Shown here in pieces: positions 37,230 to 47,665 of a stretch of DNA of 53,104 nucleotides. The position numbers and the translations under genes are program-made. The notes below the pieces were generated by a model that saw only the letters and a list, made by a program, of their open reading frames with translations, ran no database searches and was not told the DNA's origin. This DNA is from Phycisphaerales bacterium (GTDB taxonomy: Bacteria; Planctomycetota; Phycisphaerae; WQYP01): the NCBI GenBank assembly GCA_027451365.1, contig DAIDJN010000021.1:1-53104 (forward strand), given 5' to 3'. Each line of letters begins with the position of its first letter. Position 1 is the stretch's first letter.

Positions 37230-38378
37230 ATGGCCGCCATTCCCCCGCTTACCGGCTCATTTGATGTCGCCAGGGAATTTCCCATAACCCGGCGCTGGAC
37301 CTTTCTGAATCATGCCGGTGTGGCACCCATTAGCGCGCGGGCCGCGGCCGCCATTGAAAAATTTGCCGCCGAAGCACGCGATGACGCCTATCTGACCGGC
37401 AAATGGTATCAGCAGATTGAATCAGTCCGGCGGCTGGCGGCCGGGTTTTTAAATGCCAAAGCCTCGGAAATAGCATTTGTTAAAAATACCAGCGAAGGCA
37501 TAGCCTTCGTAGCCAACGGCCTGACCTGGAAACCGGGGGATCAGGTTATTTCCACGCGCGTGGAATACCCTTCCAATGTTTATCCATGGATGGACATTGC
37601 CCAGCGTCTGGGCGTGGTGCACACCATGCTGCCGGAAACCGATGGCCGCATCGATCCAACTCTGCTGGCGGCGGCGGTTACTCCTCGCACCAGAATGATC
37701 GCGCTTTCACACATTGAATATGCCAGCGGATTTCAGCACGATCTGGTTAAAATCGGCAGGCTTTGCCGTGAACTAAATATCCTTTTATGCATTGATGGTA
37801 TTCAGGCCTGCGGGGCGGTACCGGTGGATGTGCAAGCGATGAACATTGATTTTCTTTCCGCCGATGGGCACAAATGGCTGCTTGGGCCGGAGGGGGCGGG
37901 AATATTCTACTGCCGACAGGCCCTGCAAGGCCTGCTGAGGCCCGAAATCGGCTGGATGAACGTGGAAAACGCCAGTGACTACGGCAATTACGATTTTACC
38001 CTGCGGCAAGATGCCCGCCGATTTGAATGCGGTTCGCACAATGTGCCCGGTATTCTGGGACTTGGTGCTTCGCTGGAGTTGCTTGCGGAAGTCGGCATGA
38101 CCACCGTGACCGCACGCATTCTGGGCCTTACCCAGCGGCTGGTGACGGGTCTGACCGCCAAGGGATATACGGTCGTATCCAGTCGCCGGCCGGGAGAGGC
38201 CAGCGGCATCGTGAGTTTCAGAAGCAACCGGCTAAAGCATGAGCAAATTATTAATGATCTTGAGCAGCGTCATGTCATTATTGTGGAACGGGAGGGAAGG
38301 TTGCGGGCCTCGCCGCATTTTTATAACAGTGAAACGGAAATTGACCGTCTGCTGGAGGCGTTGCCATTAGACCAGTAG
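37230..38378 (+). CDS. Class V-fold PLP-dependent enzyme
   Basis: FLNHAGVAP, NTSEG, IDGIQ, PLP lysine in SADGHKWLLGP, and LRASPHFYN. No SufS/IscS-type catalytic Cys loop. Confidence 0.9.
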   Translation: MAAIPPLTGSFDVAREFPITRRWTFLNHAGVAPISARAAAAIEKFAAEARDDAYLTGKWYQQIESVRRLAAGFLNAKASEIAFVKNTSEGIAFVANGLTWKPGDQVISTRVEYPSNVYPWMDIAQRLGVVHTMLPETDGRIDPTLLAAAVTPRTRMIALSHIEYASGFQHDLVKIGRLCRELNILLCIDGIQACGAVPVDVQAMNIDFLSADGHKWLLGPEGAGIFYCRQALQGLLRPEIGWMNVENASDYGNYDFTLRQDARRFECGSHNVPGILGLGASLELLAEVGMTTVTARILGLTQRLVTGLTAKGYTVVSSRRPGEASGIVSFRSNRLKHEQIINDLEQRHVIIVEREGRLRASPHFYNSETEIDRLLEALPLDQ

Positions 38379-38541
38379 CGGAAAGGCGTGCAGTTCATCG
38401 GCTACCGCTCATCCGGGCGGGGCTGGTGAAGAACCCTCCACGGCAACAATCCGGTGGCTGGGGCGTTAAAACATCAGCATTTCCCATGGTTTTTGGGAAA
38501 TAGACGGCAAAACTTGGTTAGGCTGCTTTATAGGAGTTATT

Positions 38542-39597
38542 ATGTCATCCGCTGAATCACGTGCGGGAATTTCGCCACCGGCCGCGGGCGGCCCGGAAAC
38601 CGCTCCGCTTGAAAAACTTAAACTCGTGCGCGAGGCGATGCTGGCGGAAATCCGCAAGGTGATTGTCGGTCAGTCGGATGTGATTGATTCGCTTTTGCTG
38701 GCACTCTTTTCCCGCGGGCACTGTCTGCTGGTGGGCGTGCCGGGGCTGGCTAAAACGCTGATGATCAGCACGCTGGCCAAGGTGCTGAATCTGAATTTCA
38801 ATCGTATTCAATTCACGCCGGACCTGATGCCTTCAGACATCACGGGAACCGACATTATTCAGGAAGACTCGCAGACGGGAAAACGGGTTTTCACATTTGT
38901 ACGCGGCCCGATTTTCACCAATATGCTGCTGGCCGACGAAATCAACCGAACCCCACCGAAAACACAGGCCGCACTGCTGCAGGCCATGCAGGAATTTCAG
39001 GTAACCGCGGGCGGCAAAACATATCCGCTTGATGCCCCATTCTTCGTGCTGGCGACGCAGAATCCGGTGGAACAGGAAGGAACTTATCCGTTGCCCGAAG
39101 CGCAGCTTGACCGTTTCATGTTCATGGTAAAAGTCGGCTATCCGCAACGCGACGAGGAGCGGGCGATCGTAAAAGCCACCACAGTGGATGCCCGCAGCGA
39201 ACCGCTCCCAATTTTAAGCGCCCAGGACATTATTGCCATTCAGAAAATGGTGCGCCGTGTGCCGGTCAGCGATCATGTGGTGGACTACGCGGTGAATCTG
39301 GTCCGGGCCACACGTCCGCATGAAAAGGATGTACCCGATTTTATTACCAACTGGCTGACTTGGGGGGCCGGGCCGCGAGCGGCACAGAATCTTATTCTGG
39401 GAGCCAAGGCACGCGCGTTGATCCGTGGCCGGCTGAATGTCAGCACGGACGACGTGCGGCAAATGGCCAAGCCGGTGCTACGACACCGTATTATCACGAA
39501 TTTTAATGCCGATGCTGAAGGAATTGATACCGACGCAGTCATTGATAAGCTGCTGGTTGCCATTAAGGAACCCGCGGCGGAGGCTTACAAGGCCTGA
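38542..39597 (+). CDS. moxR: MoxR-family AAA+ ATPase
   Basis: [38 protein letters not shown] and [22 protein letters not shown]. Confidence 0.95.
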   Translation: MSSAESRAGISPPAAGGPETAPLEKLKLVREAMLAEIRKVIVGQSDVIDSLLLALFSRGHCLLVGVPGLAKTLMISTLAKVLNLNFNRIQFTPDLMPSDITGTDIIQEDSQTGKRVFTFVRGPIFTNMLLADEINRTPPKTQAALLQAMQEFQVTAGGKTYPLDAPFFVLATQNPVEQEGTYPLPEAQLDRFMFMVKVGYPQRDEERAIVKATTVDARSEPLPILSAQDIIAIQKMVRRVPVSDHVVDYAVNLVRATRPHEKDVPDFITNWLTWGAGPRAAQNLILGAKARALIRGRLNVSTDDVRQMAKPVLRHRIITNFNADAEGIDTDAVIDKLLVAIKEPAAEAYKA

Positions 39598-39831
39598 TCA
39601 GAAATGTCTCCGGGAACGTGTGGCGGGCGTTACATCATCCCAATGGCGTGGCTTTCGCTGCTTTCGTCGTTCAAGGGTGGTAATCCGGGGACTTTCCAGC
39701 CCAATTGGCGGGTTGGCTTAAGTTTTATAGACCGGCAAGCCGATTGCATCAACAGGAACGTGTTATCGGCACTGCTGATTGGGAGTGTTTCCCATCCACA
39801 GCCGTGACAAAGTTGACCAACAGGTGATGCC

Positions 39832-40287
39832 ATGGCTGTTTCACGAGCGGACATGAAAAATAAATCCACCACATCGCGGGAATGCAAATACTTTACAGTG
39901 GCGGAGGCGAATCGGGCAATTCCGCTGGTGCGCCGCATCGCTGAAGATGTGCAGCACGTGGAACTCCAGCGACGTGATCTGGTGGATCTGTCGCATTCAT
40001 TAGATGCCAGTTCCACAGAATTGCGCGAAGTGGAGCGACAGTTTGATAAACTGACTCATCGGCTGTTTGACCTTATGGAAGAATTGAATCAGATCGGCGT
40101 GGAGCTTAAAGACCCCACCCGTGGCCTGCTCGATTTTCCGGCTCTCCTGGATGGTCGCGACATTTTGTTATGCTGGGAAATCGGTGAGGATGTGGTCGAT
40201 CACTGGCATGAAACTCATACTGGCTTTGCTGGCCGTCGCCCCATCAGCGAATTGACTCGCCGCACCGCCAAACGGCTGGCGCGCTAA
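39832..40287 (+). CDS. DUF2203 family protein
   Basis: FTVAEANRAIPLV, GVELKD..GLLDFP, LCW..GE and HWHE..GFAGRRPI. Confidence 0.88.
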   Translation: MAVSRADMKNKSTTSRECKYFTVAEANRAIPLVRRIAEDVQHVELQRRDLVDLSHSLDASSTELREVERQFDKLTHRLFDLMEELNQIGVELKDPTRGLLDFPALLDGRDILLCWEIGEDVVDHWHETHTGFAGRRPISELTRRTAKRLAR

Positions 40288-40382
40288 GCGCGGCCCGGCA
40301 ACGGCTTACGGCGGAGGAAAATTTAAAATTGCAATCGCTTAGTGTGGATTTCACGGCAAAATCCAGGGCATTCGTGGCGGAT

Positions 40383-41552
40383 TCAGTCATCCTGTCCAGA
40401 TAACAATTGCGCCTCGGCGGGCAGAACAATTTGCCGTGTCAGGGCCGGATCGCTTTGTATCTGGGCATATACTGACGCCATCTGTTCAATAAAAACCTCA
40501 GGTGAGCAATATTGGTCATAGTGGCTCCGGGCCGCATTGCCGATAGATTCTCGAAGTTGATTGTCCTTCAGAAGCGCGTGAAGCCGGGACGCAAGTTCTT
40601 TAGGATCGCCAACCGGTGCCAGTAGCGCATTGACGCGGTCAGAAAGCAATTCGCGGATTTGTGGGGTATTAAAGGCGGCAATTGCCTTGCCCTGAGCCAT
40701 GGCCGCAAGCACACAATTCAGACCAGTCGACTCACCGACGGGAAAACCGACCACGGATGCCAGCGCGGTCAACTGACCCCATGAAAATTTGTTCGACGGC
40801 GCAATGGAAACCAATCCAGGGTCTTTAACAGTTTTACTGAAAGACATATAACCGGCGAACGGATTGACCGACTCATGGCGAAAAATATGATCCGACCGCA
40901 AAAGCGCCCAGATATCCAGATACACCTGTGAAAGAATTCCGACCGCCCAGATGCCCAGATCATGCCGCATGGCCTGCTCGGACCAGCCGGTCAACAGGAC
41001 TACCGGACCTTCGCGCGCCGGCTGGCCAAGTATCCGCCGCAAATTCGCGGGGGCCGGCGATTCATTTGGCGCGATCCATGTTGCCGCCGAAACCTTAAGA
41101 ATCCGCTCCTTGGGAATGCCCGCCGCCGACAGTGTCTGGAGCGTCACCTTCCACGGTGTCACAAACAGCATCGGGCATCGGGCGGCCGAGCGGGCCAAAG
41201 AACGAACCAGGACTTTTTTGGGGGCGATTTGAACACCCGCAATTCGCGGCAAGTCAACGGCCAAACGGGACGCGGCACGTATGCCCCAGCTGCCCCAGGC
41301 GTGAATGTGAGTGGGGGTAAAGTTGCCTACGCAACGGCTGACGTTACGCAGCAGCGTAGGGTCCCAGCGGGCCAGTCCACGGCTCCAGGAAAGCTGTCCC
41401 GGATCAACGCCGGCTTGCAGGGCCGCATCGCGCCATCCGTAGTTCCCCAATACCATTACATGGTGTTCGGCTGGAAGTTGTTTAAGCAGCAGTACCAGCG
41501 TATCCAGGGAATCCAGACCGCAGGTCGGGTCAATCAGGTGCAGAATTTTCAT
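40383..41552 (-). CDS. Glycosyltransferase, GT-B fold (family 4-like), divergent
   Basis: MKILHLID start, IHAW, AMAQGKAIAA, RELL..NALL..GDPKELA..L. ATG at 41552 preferred over 41657. Confidence 0.75.
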   Translation of the reverse strand: MKILHLIDPTCGLDSLDTLVLLLKQLPAEHHVMVLGNYGWRDAALQAGVDPGQLSWSRGLARWDPTLLRNVSRCVGNFTPTHIHAWGSWGIRAASRLAVDLPRIAGVQIAPKKVLVRSLARSAARCPMLFVTPWKVTLQTLSAAGIPKERILKVSAATWIAPNESPAPANLRRILGQPAREGPVVLLTGWSEQAMRHDLGIWAVGILSQVYLDIWALLRSDHIFRHESVNPFAGYMSFSKTVKDPGLVSIAPSNKFSWGQLTALASVVGFPVGESTGLNCVLAAMAQGKAIAAFNTPQIRELLSDRVNALLAPVGDPKELASRLHALLKDNQLRESIGNAARSHYDQYCSPEVFIEQMASVYAQIQSDPALTRQIVLPAEAQLLSGQDD

Positions 41553-41616
41553 CTTAGTGAAGCGCTCCAGTGGCCCGTTCGGGTAGCCGATCGGTTCGGT
41601 TTGGGTGGTGCCGGAA

Positions 41617-42636
41617 TCAGGGCCAGATAATATCTGCCGAGTCAAAAACCGGACCATCGGTACAAGTGAGTTTATACATCCAATCCGACGATTGCGGCAT
41701 GCGGAATTTTATCACACAACTCTGGCAGGTGCCCATGCCACAGGCCATCGGTTGTTCCAGCGACACTTGGCATGCAATATCAAATTTGCTGGCCACCAGA
41801 CTTGTGGCCTTCATCATGGGGGTCGGGCCGCAACAATATATCACGGTATTCGCGCGGCATAATTCCAAACGGCTCGCCAAAAAACGTTCCAGTGCCTCGG
41901 TTACATATCCGGCGAAACCCAGTGATCCGTCATCCGTCGCTATGATTGTTGGCACACCAAAGGCGGCAAATTCCGCGGTGTTCAAAACCGGGACCGCATC
42001 AGGCGACGGTAACGGGGATCCGGGTGGGAAGGTCAGTGAAATCAGCGAGCCTTTTTGCGCACCGGCAAACGCCACCGCGTTTTTACCGGATCGGGAAACC
42101 TTTTCCACCAGGTAAATCATGGGTGGTATTCCCACTCCACCGCCGACAAGAAGTGTATTTTTAATGTCAGACGAAATCTGAAAGCCCTTGCCCAGCGGTC
42201 CCAAAATTGACACCCGATCGCCTGGGCGGAGCCTTTCGAGAATGCCCGTGGCTTTGCCGACCACCCGATGAATAATATCAATATCCGTCCAGGTGCGGCC
42301 GGGTCCGTCACGTCTGCCTGCGATAGAAAACGGGCGCCGCAGATAGGGCAGGTCCGTGGTGAAGTATGGCTCGTCAGGCGCGGGAGCCTTGTGGCCGGGC
42401 TGCCATTCAAGCTCACGCGGTTCGTTCGTTTGGGCCTGAAGGTCACATAAAATTTCAACGAACTGCCCTGGTTCGCTGGTTGGAAAATTTTCCACCCGCA
42501 GCGCCAGCCGATAATGTTCCTGACACAATTGATGATTGCCTGTGACCATCGCGGAAAATTCACCGCGAAGCCTGGTGTGGCTGTCTGTTCGATTTATCGG
42601 ATTCAATGTCGTGCTCATGACGTGCCTGTCATCCAA
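41617..42636 (-). CDS. pyrK: Dihydroorotate dehydrogenase electron-transfer subunit (FAD, 2Fe-2S)
   Basis: RRPFSI, GPLGKGF, GGGVGIPP, TDDGS, CGPTPMM and EQPMACGMGTCQSC...CTDGPVF. Confidence 0.88.
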   Translation of the reverse strand: MDDRHVMSTTLNPINRTDSHTRLRGEFSAMVTGNHQLCQEHYRLALRVENFPTSEPGQFVEILCDLQAQTNEPRELEWQPGHKAPAPDEPYFTTDLPYLRRPFSIAGRRDGPGRTWTDIDIIHRVVGKATGILERLRPGDRVSILGPLGKGFQISSDIKNTLLVGGGVGIPPMIYLVEKVSRSGKNAVAFAGAQKGSLISLTFPPGSPLPSPDAVPVLNTAEFAAFGVPTIIATDDGSLGFAGYVTEALERFLASRLELCRANTVIYCCGPTPMMKATSLVASKFDIACQVSLEQPMACGMGTCQSCVIKFRMPQSSDWMYKLTCTDGPVFDSADIIWP

Positions 42637-42740
42637 GGGGGCGAAAAATCGACGTTGGCGGCCTTTCGGAAATTCGCCGCGTCGCGTGCGCGCGATCAGC
42701 CATTGCGGCCCTTTGAATGGTCGGCAATGTCGGCCTTGTT

Positions 42741-44729
42741 TCAGTGCCGGAGAGTTGCAGTCTGCCGCAACGCACCGGGCCGTTCCCTTTCGCCGCCCGA
42801 GCGAGCGCTAATAGCGTTACGCACGGCACTGGCAATGCCGGCCGCATCCAGGCCGACTTCCTTCAACTGTTCAGAACGGCTGGCCGCTCTGATAAACCAG
42901 TCCGGTAGGCCGCAGCGTGTCACCACACGGGCATCATGCCCGCGAAGCTGGGCATATTCCAGCACGGCTGTGCCAAAACCATTGATGACTGCATGATCCT
43001 CTACGGTGATAATCGGGGCACCAGCGGTGAATAATTCATCCAGCATGCGGGCATCCAGCGGTTTGCAGAATCTGGCATCCACGACACCCACATCCAAGCC
43101 GTCATTCGCCAACAGTTTGGCCGCCGCCAGGGCTTGATTCGTCAATGCACCATACGCCACGATCGTTGCATCCGCACCATTTTGGAGCCGTCGTGATACG
43201 CCGCCGTTTCGACCGATAGACCACGCTTCCGGCGCAGCCAGCGGTTCGGCGGGACAGTTGTCGCGCGGATAGCGAATTTCACACGGCGATTCGAGTGTCA
43301 TGGCCAGGTCCATGGCGGCACGCAATTCGGGTTCATCGGAGGGGGCCATCAGTACAATTCCGGGCTGACTTTTCAAAAATGCCAGATCGCAGAAGCCATG
43401 GTGAACGGCACCGTCATCACCGACCAGACCGGCCCGGTCCACACAGAAAATCACCGGCAGACCCTGCAGGCAGACTTCCTGGAAAATCTGATCAAACGCA
43501 CGTTGCAAAAACGTGCTGTAGACTGCCACGACCGGCCGCAGTCCAGCCTTGGTCATGCCGGCGGCCATCGCGGTGGCGTGGCTTTCGCAAATACCAGTAT
43601 CAAAATATCGGTCGGGGAACATCGGCTTAAGTTTGATCATTCCGGTACCGTCTGGCATGGCCGCGGTTATTCCCACCACATTGGAATGCTTTTTCGCCAG
43701 ATCGGTCATGGCGTCGGCAAACGCCGATGTCCATGATTTTCCCGCGCCCTGATTCATGACAACGCGACAGCCTTCCACGCTAAATGGCTTGGGACTGTGG
43801 AATGTTGTGGGGTCTTCGGAGGCCCATTCATAGCCTTTACCCTTAATCGTTTTGACGTGCAGGATGGCTGGGCTATTGAGGTTTTTCAATTCATTGAATT
43901 TTTCCATCAGCCCAGGCAGATCGTGCCCATCCACCGGGCCAAAATACTTCAGACCCAAGTCTTCAAAAATATGCCCCGGCGCAATCGCGTTTTTAATACC
44001 CTGTTTAATATGAAATCCAATATCGGATATGCGCTGGCCATACGGAATACGGTCCAGCAGTTCCTGCACACGGCGCTTCACTTCATCATAGGTGTTGGTT
44101 ACGCGCAAATGTTCCAGATAATTGGCAAACGCTCCCTGGGGTTCACTGATGCTCATCGAATTATCGTTAAGGATAATCAGCAGTTGACGCTTCAGTGTGC
44201 CGGCGCCGTTAAGGCCCTCAAGCGCTACACCATTGACGATTGACGCATCACCAATAAGAGCGATCACGCACGTATCCCGCTTGAGCAGTTGATCGGCTCG
44301 GGCCATGCCCACGGCCGTGCTTATCGCTGTGCCGGCGTGCCCGACGCTGAACAGGTCATACGGACCTTCGGCGGGTTCCGGGAATCCGGAAATACCACCG
44401 CTTTTACGAAGAGTGGAAAACCGTTTGTAGCGGCCGGTAATAAGCTTGTGCGGATAGCATTGGTGGCCCACATCCCACAAAAGCCGGTCGTGGGGCATAT
44501 TAAAAACGCGATGCAGGGCGAGGCATACTTCCACGGTTCCAAGATTAGGTGCCAGGTGACCGCCATTCGTGCTGACCGTGTTTACGATTGTCTGCCGGAT
44601 TTCCGCCGCTAGAGCCGTTAACTGCTCCATCGTGAGGTGTTTCAGATCGGCTGGCGATTCAATCGTATCCAGAATTTTGGTCATAGTCTTCGTTCTCACA
44701 TAGTCCTTCGGTTTCATGGATTCCGCCAT
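42741..44729 (-). CDS. dxs: 1-deoxy-D-xylulose-5-phosphate synthase
   Basis: GGHLAPNLG, WDVGHQCYPHK, GDAS..NDN TPP motif, YSTFLQRAFDQ, DRAGLVG.DGAVH and IRYPR. Confidence 0.98.
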   Translation of the reverse strand: MAESMKPKDYVRTKTMTKILDTIESPADLKHLTMEQLTALAAEIRQTIVNTVSTNGGHLAPNLGTVEVCLALHRVFNMPHDRLLWDVGHQCYPHKLITGRYKRFSTLRKSGGISGFPEPAEGPYDLFSVGHAGTAISTAVGMARADQLLKRDTCVIALIGDASIVNGVALEGLNGAGTLKRQLLIILNDNSMSISEPQGAFANYLEHLRVTNTYDEVKRRVQELLDRIPYGQRISDIGFHIKQGIKNAIAPGHIFEDLGLKYFGPVDGHDLPGLMEKFNELKNLNSPAILHVKTIKGKGYEWASEDPTTFHSPKPFSVEGCRVVMNQGAGKSWTSAFADAMTDLAKKHSNVVGITAAMPDGTGMIKLKPMFPDRYFDTGICESHATAMAAGMTKAGLRPVVAVYSTFLQRAFDQIFQEVCLQGLPVIFCVDRAGLVGDDGAVHHGFCDLAFLKSQPGIVLMAPSDEPELRAAMDLAMTLESPCEIRYPRDNCPAEPLAAPEAWSIGRNGGVSRRLQNGADATIVAYGALTNQALAAAKLLANDGLDVGVVDARFCKPLDARMLDELFTAGAPIITVEDHAVINGFGTAVLEYAQLRGHDARVVTRCGLPDWFIRAASRSEQLKEVGLDAAGIASAVRNAISARSGGERERPGALRQTATLRH

Positions 44730-45144
44730 CCAGACGAAAATTTAAGCCTTGACGGAAGTTTTATGCTGCCGCGCGGCAATACACAATTCTACCCGTTATC
44801 AGGCCTTGGCCAAAACGCCTTTCGGCCGTCCCACCACTGGCCGACCATTTCCATGCTTTCGTTCCGCCAGTTGCTTACATCCGTATAAGCCCAACACTGC
44901 CGAGACGGGCAGTGCCCAAAAAATAAACTGAGCCTGCCTGCTTAAGAATGATATTCTAGCAGCGGTGGAAAGAAAAGCCGCAAAGCAAGGCAGACTCAAT
45001 GATTTTTGTGTCACAAATGGAGAAAATAGCGGCAGTTTTCCGACCATTCACCATAAAATTCAAGGCTAAAGGCATTTTATAGACCAATTTTCACCCATAA
45101 GACTGTTCGACTGCCCGCGCCAACCGATTTTACAATTAGCGTCA

Positions 45145-46695
45145 TTAATTCCCCGCGGTGTCATGTAGCACTGGTGAATCATGAATATTCAGATTTTTTA
45201 CCCGCTTGAAATTCGCGGCAACCACACCCTTGGCCAGTTTGGCTTGAAACCGGTTAATGCGCAGGCCATTGACATCCCGGCACGCAATCGCCGGTCGTAA
45301 ATCGGTCTTTTGAAAACTGACTTTCACATTGGAAAGCTCAATATGGCGAGCGTGGCGGATAAAAACCCCATAAGCGGGCATCACGCCTATATGTCGCGGT
45401 CCGGGGTAGCTCGCACCGAGTTCGGGTGGAATCCGCTGGGCTTGTTTACGCGTGCCGCCGCCCTTAAAAATAAGGCGAATATTGCTTAAACGAATATCGC
45501 GTACATCATGCCCGGGCAGCCCGGCAATCTGAATGCCGCTCGTCGAATCAATATTCGTCGCCAAAATATTGCTGATCAGAATATGCTTCAAATGACCGGT
45601 TCGCACTGGCGGTGGTGCCCGGTTGCGGTCCCCCAGCGCGATGTAAATAGGGCAAACCTTGACGTTGTACATGGCAATATTGGAAATGGTAATATTTTCC
45701 AGCACACCGCCGTCAACCTCTTCAATGGCCAATCCCATGCAGTCGCGGAACGTGCAGTTGGAAATGGTGATATTTTTAAAGCCCCCATCCGATTCCGTTC
45801 CCAATTTGATGCGCCCATATTCCCCCCTGCTGGGGAGCATTTTCCCGTTAAGAAGAGTCCCTTCCTTAAAGCCGGAAAGTTGGCAATTCGTAATGACGAC
45901 ATTTTCGGTCGGGCGAAGTTGGTGAAAAGCATCCGTACTTTTCAGGCAAAGGCCATCATCTCGTGGCGAATTAATTCGGCAATTCGAGACGCAGACATTG
46001 CGGCAGGCATCGATATCCACCCCATCGCGATTGGTGTCGATCGTCAGGTTATTGAGTGTCAGCAGGTCACAGCCGGTGGCCAGAATGCCGAAATGGCCTC
46101 CGTGAAAAATGGTAACATCACGCAATACGACGTTCGTGCAAAGCTCCAGGGCAATCGCTTTATCGCCTTTGTTCACCGGGCCGTGGTTGACGCCTTTGTC
46201 CCATCGAATCAGGCCTCCGCCATTAATGGTTCCCATGCCGGTAATCGCGACGTTGTGCAGACCTACACCCCAGATAAGGCTATTGTGAAAATAGGTATGA
46301 CCGCCATCCTGATATGCAGTTCCATGGAACGGTTCCGGCGGGTCATACGCATGCATGGATTGCGGCGCACCGAGGATTGTGGTGCCGGAGTCAAGGTGAA
46401 GATTAATATTGTTTTTCAGGTGAATGCTGCCGCATAAATAAATTCCGGCAGGAATTTCCACTGTTCCACCACCGGTATTTGCAGCGGCAAGAATGGCCCG
46501 GTTAATTGCGGGGCTGTCCAGGTGTTTGCCGTTGCCCAGTGCTCCGTAGTTGCGCACATTGTAAACGCCCAAGGCCGGCCTCGGAATGGAAGTGGGGGGG
46601 GTGGCCAAGGCGGTGGAATTGAAAATTCCGCCAAACGCTACGAAACACAGGTTGACCAAGAGATATCGGAGCATTCCAGATTGAGTACGAATCAT
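45145..46695 (-). CDS. Secreted glycoside hydrolase family 28 (pectinase-like beta-helix)
   Basis: Signal peptide, YNVRNYGALGNG, GGGTVEIPAGIY, NRDGVDID, DDGLCLKS and RIKLGTES. ATG 46695 follows GGAG. Confidence 0.88.
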   Translation of the reverse strand: MIRTQSGMLRYLLVNLCFVAFGGIFNSTALATPPTSIPRPALGVYNVRNYGALGNGKHLDSPAINRAILAAANTGGGTVEIPAGIYLCGSIHLKNNINLHLDSGTTILGAPQSMHAYDPPEPFHGTAYQDGGHTYFHNSLIWGVGLHNVAITGMGTINGGGLIRWDKGVNHGPVNKGDKAIALELCTNVVLRDVTIFHGGHFGILATGCDLLTLNNLTIDTNRDGVDIDACRNVCVSNCRINSPRDDGLCLKSTDAFHQLRPTENVVITNCQLSGFKEGTLLNGKMLPSRGEYGRIKLGTESDGGFKNITISNCTFRDCMGLAIEEVDGGVLENITISNIAMYNVKVCPIYIALGDRNRAPPPVRTGHLKHILISNILATNIDSTSGIQIAGLPGHDVRDIRLSNIRLIFKGGGTRKQAQRIPPELGASYPGPRHIGVMPAYGVFIRHARHIELSNVKVSFQKTDLRPAIACRDVNGLRINRFQAKLAKGVVAANFKRVKNLNIHDSPVLHDTAGN

Positions 46696-46941
46696 AATGC
46701 GTATCTCCAAATAGTTCAGAGGCAACTCCGGTTGGATAGATATCCATTTCCGCATTTGCAGGGGCGTTAAAGTAAAGCAGGCCATCGCATTTTGCAACCA
46801 ATTTTGCGAGCAAATTGCGATTAAATTGTGCGCAAAATTATTGGGTGCGATTTGCGGCTTTTATACCCAATTGGAAAATAGGGGCCGGCCAGCAGGCCGC
46901 CGGACATTCCGCGTTTGGCGAAATTCGAGATGTCAGCCAAT

Positions 46942-47370
46942 TTATGGTTTGGGTGCGGGCTTGACTGATTCTACCATGCCTTTGACTTGGAACGGCGTAG
47001 GCGAGGAGTTGTTAAAATCTTTCAGAAGAAGGTCATAGCGGTAGTCGCGCACCGCCAGCAGTCGAATGCGTGACGCCGACGGGAGAATGCGATACACCGC
47101 CAGTACATGCCGGCGGGGATCTGCCAGCAAGAACCCCCAATCATTGCGCCCCAATTGCGCCGGCATCAAATAGGTGCCATCTGACATGTGCATTGCCCCA
47201 CCCATTGGCGGTGCCGCCTGCACGCTTCCCGCCAGAGAAATATCCGCAGGAAATATCCGATCGGATGTTTGATGAAATACCATCACCAGTCCATTGGCGA
47301 GCAACGCGATTGCCGCACACCAGATTGCCGTCACAAGACCAAAACGTCGATATTCACCATTGTTTTTCAT
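46942..47370 (-). CDS. Hypothetical membrane-anchored protein
   Basis: N-terminal TM helix followed by a compact beta-rich domain (FLLADPRRHVLAVYRI..RIRLLAVRDYRYD..DFN). Confidence 0.65.
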   Translation of the reverse strand: MKNNGEYRRFGLVTAIWCAAIALLANGLVMVFHQTSDRIFPADISLAGSVQAAPPMGGAMHMSDGTYLMPAQLGRNDWGFLLADPRRHVLAVYRILPSASRIRLLAVRDYRYDLLLKDFNNSSPTPFQVKGMVESVKPAPKP

Positions 47371-47665
47371 GACCACATACTAAGCGGTCGGCCGGTCCGT
47401 TCGCAAGCGCCCGTATGAGTGATCTGTCGCGTTTTCAAAGTTGGAGTTGATTGGCCGCAAACAGGCCAGATGCCAGGCGTTGGCGGCGAAAACCGGGGCC
47501 AACGACAGACTCTGCGATTTTTCTGGCGGCCTTAACTCTTTTACGGGGCGTGCCCCGACGGCGCGGGATACTTCCCGCTTTGGCGATTCGCGACTCTATT
47601 CTATTTTTTAATTTCCATCACTTTGTGCATGATTCCGCTGCGGTTAGGAACATTGGCACGTTCGT

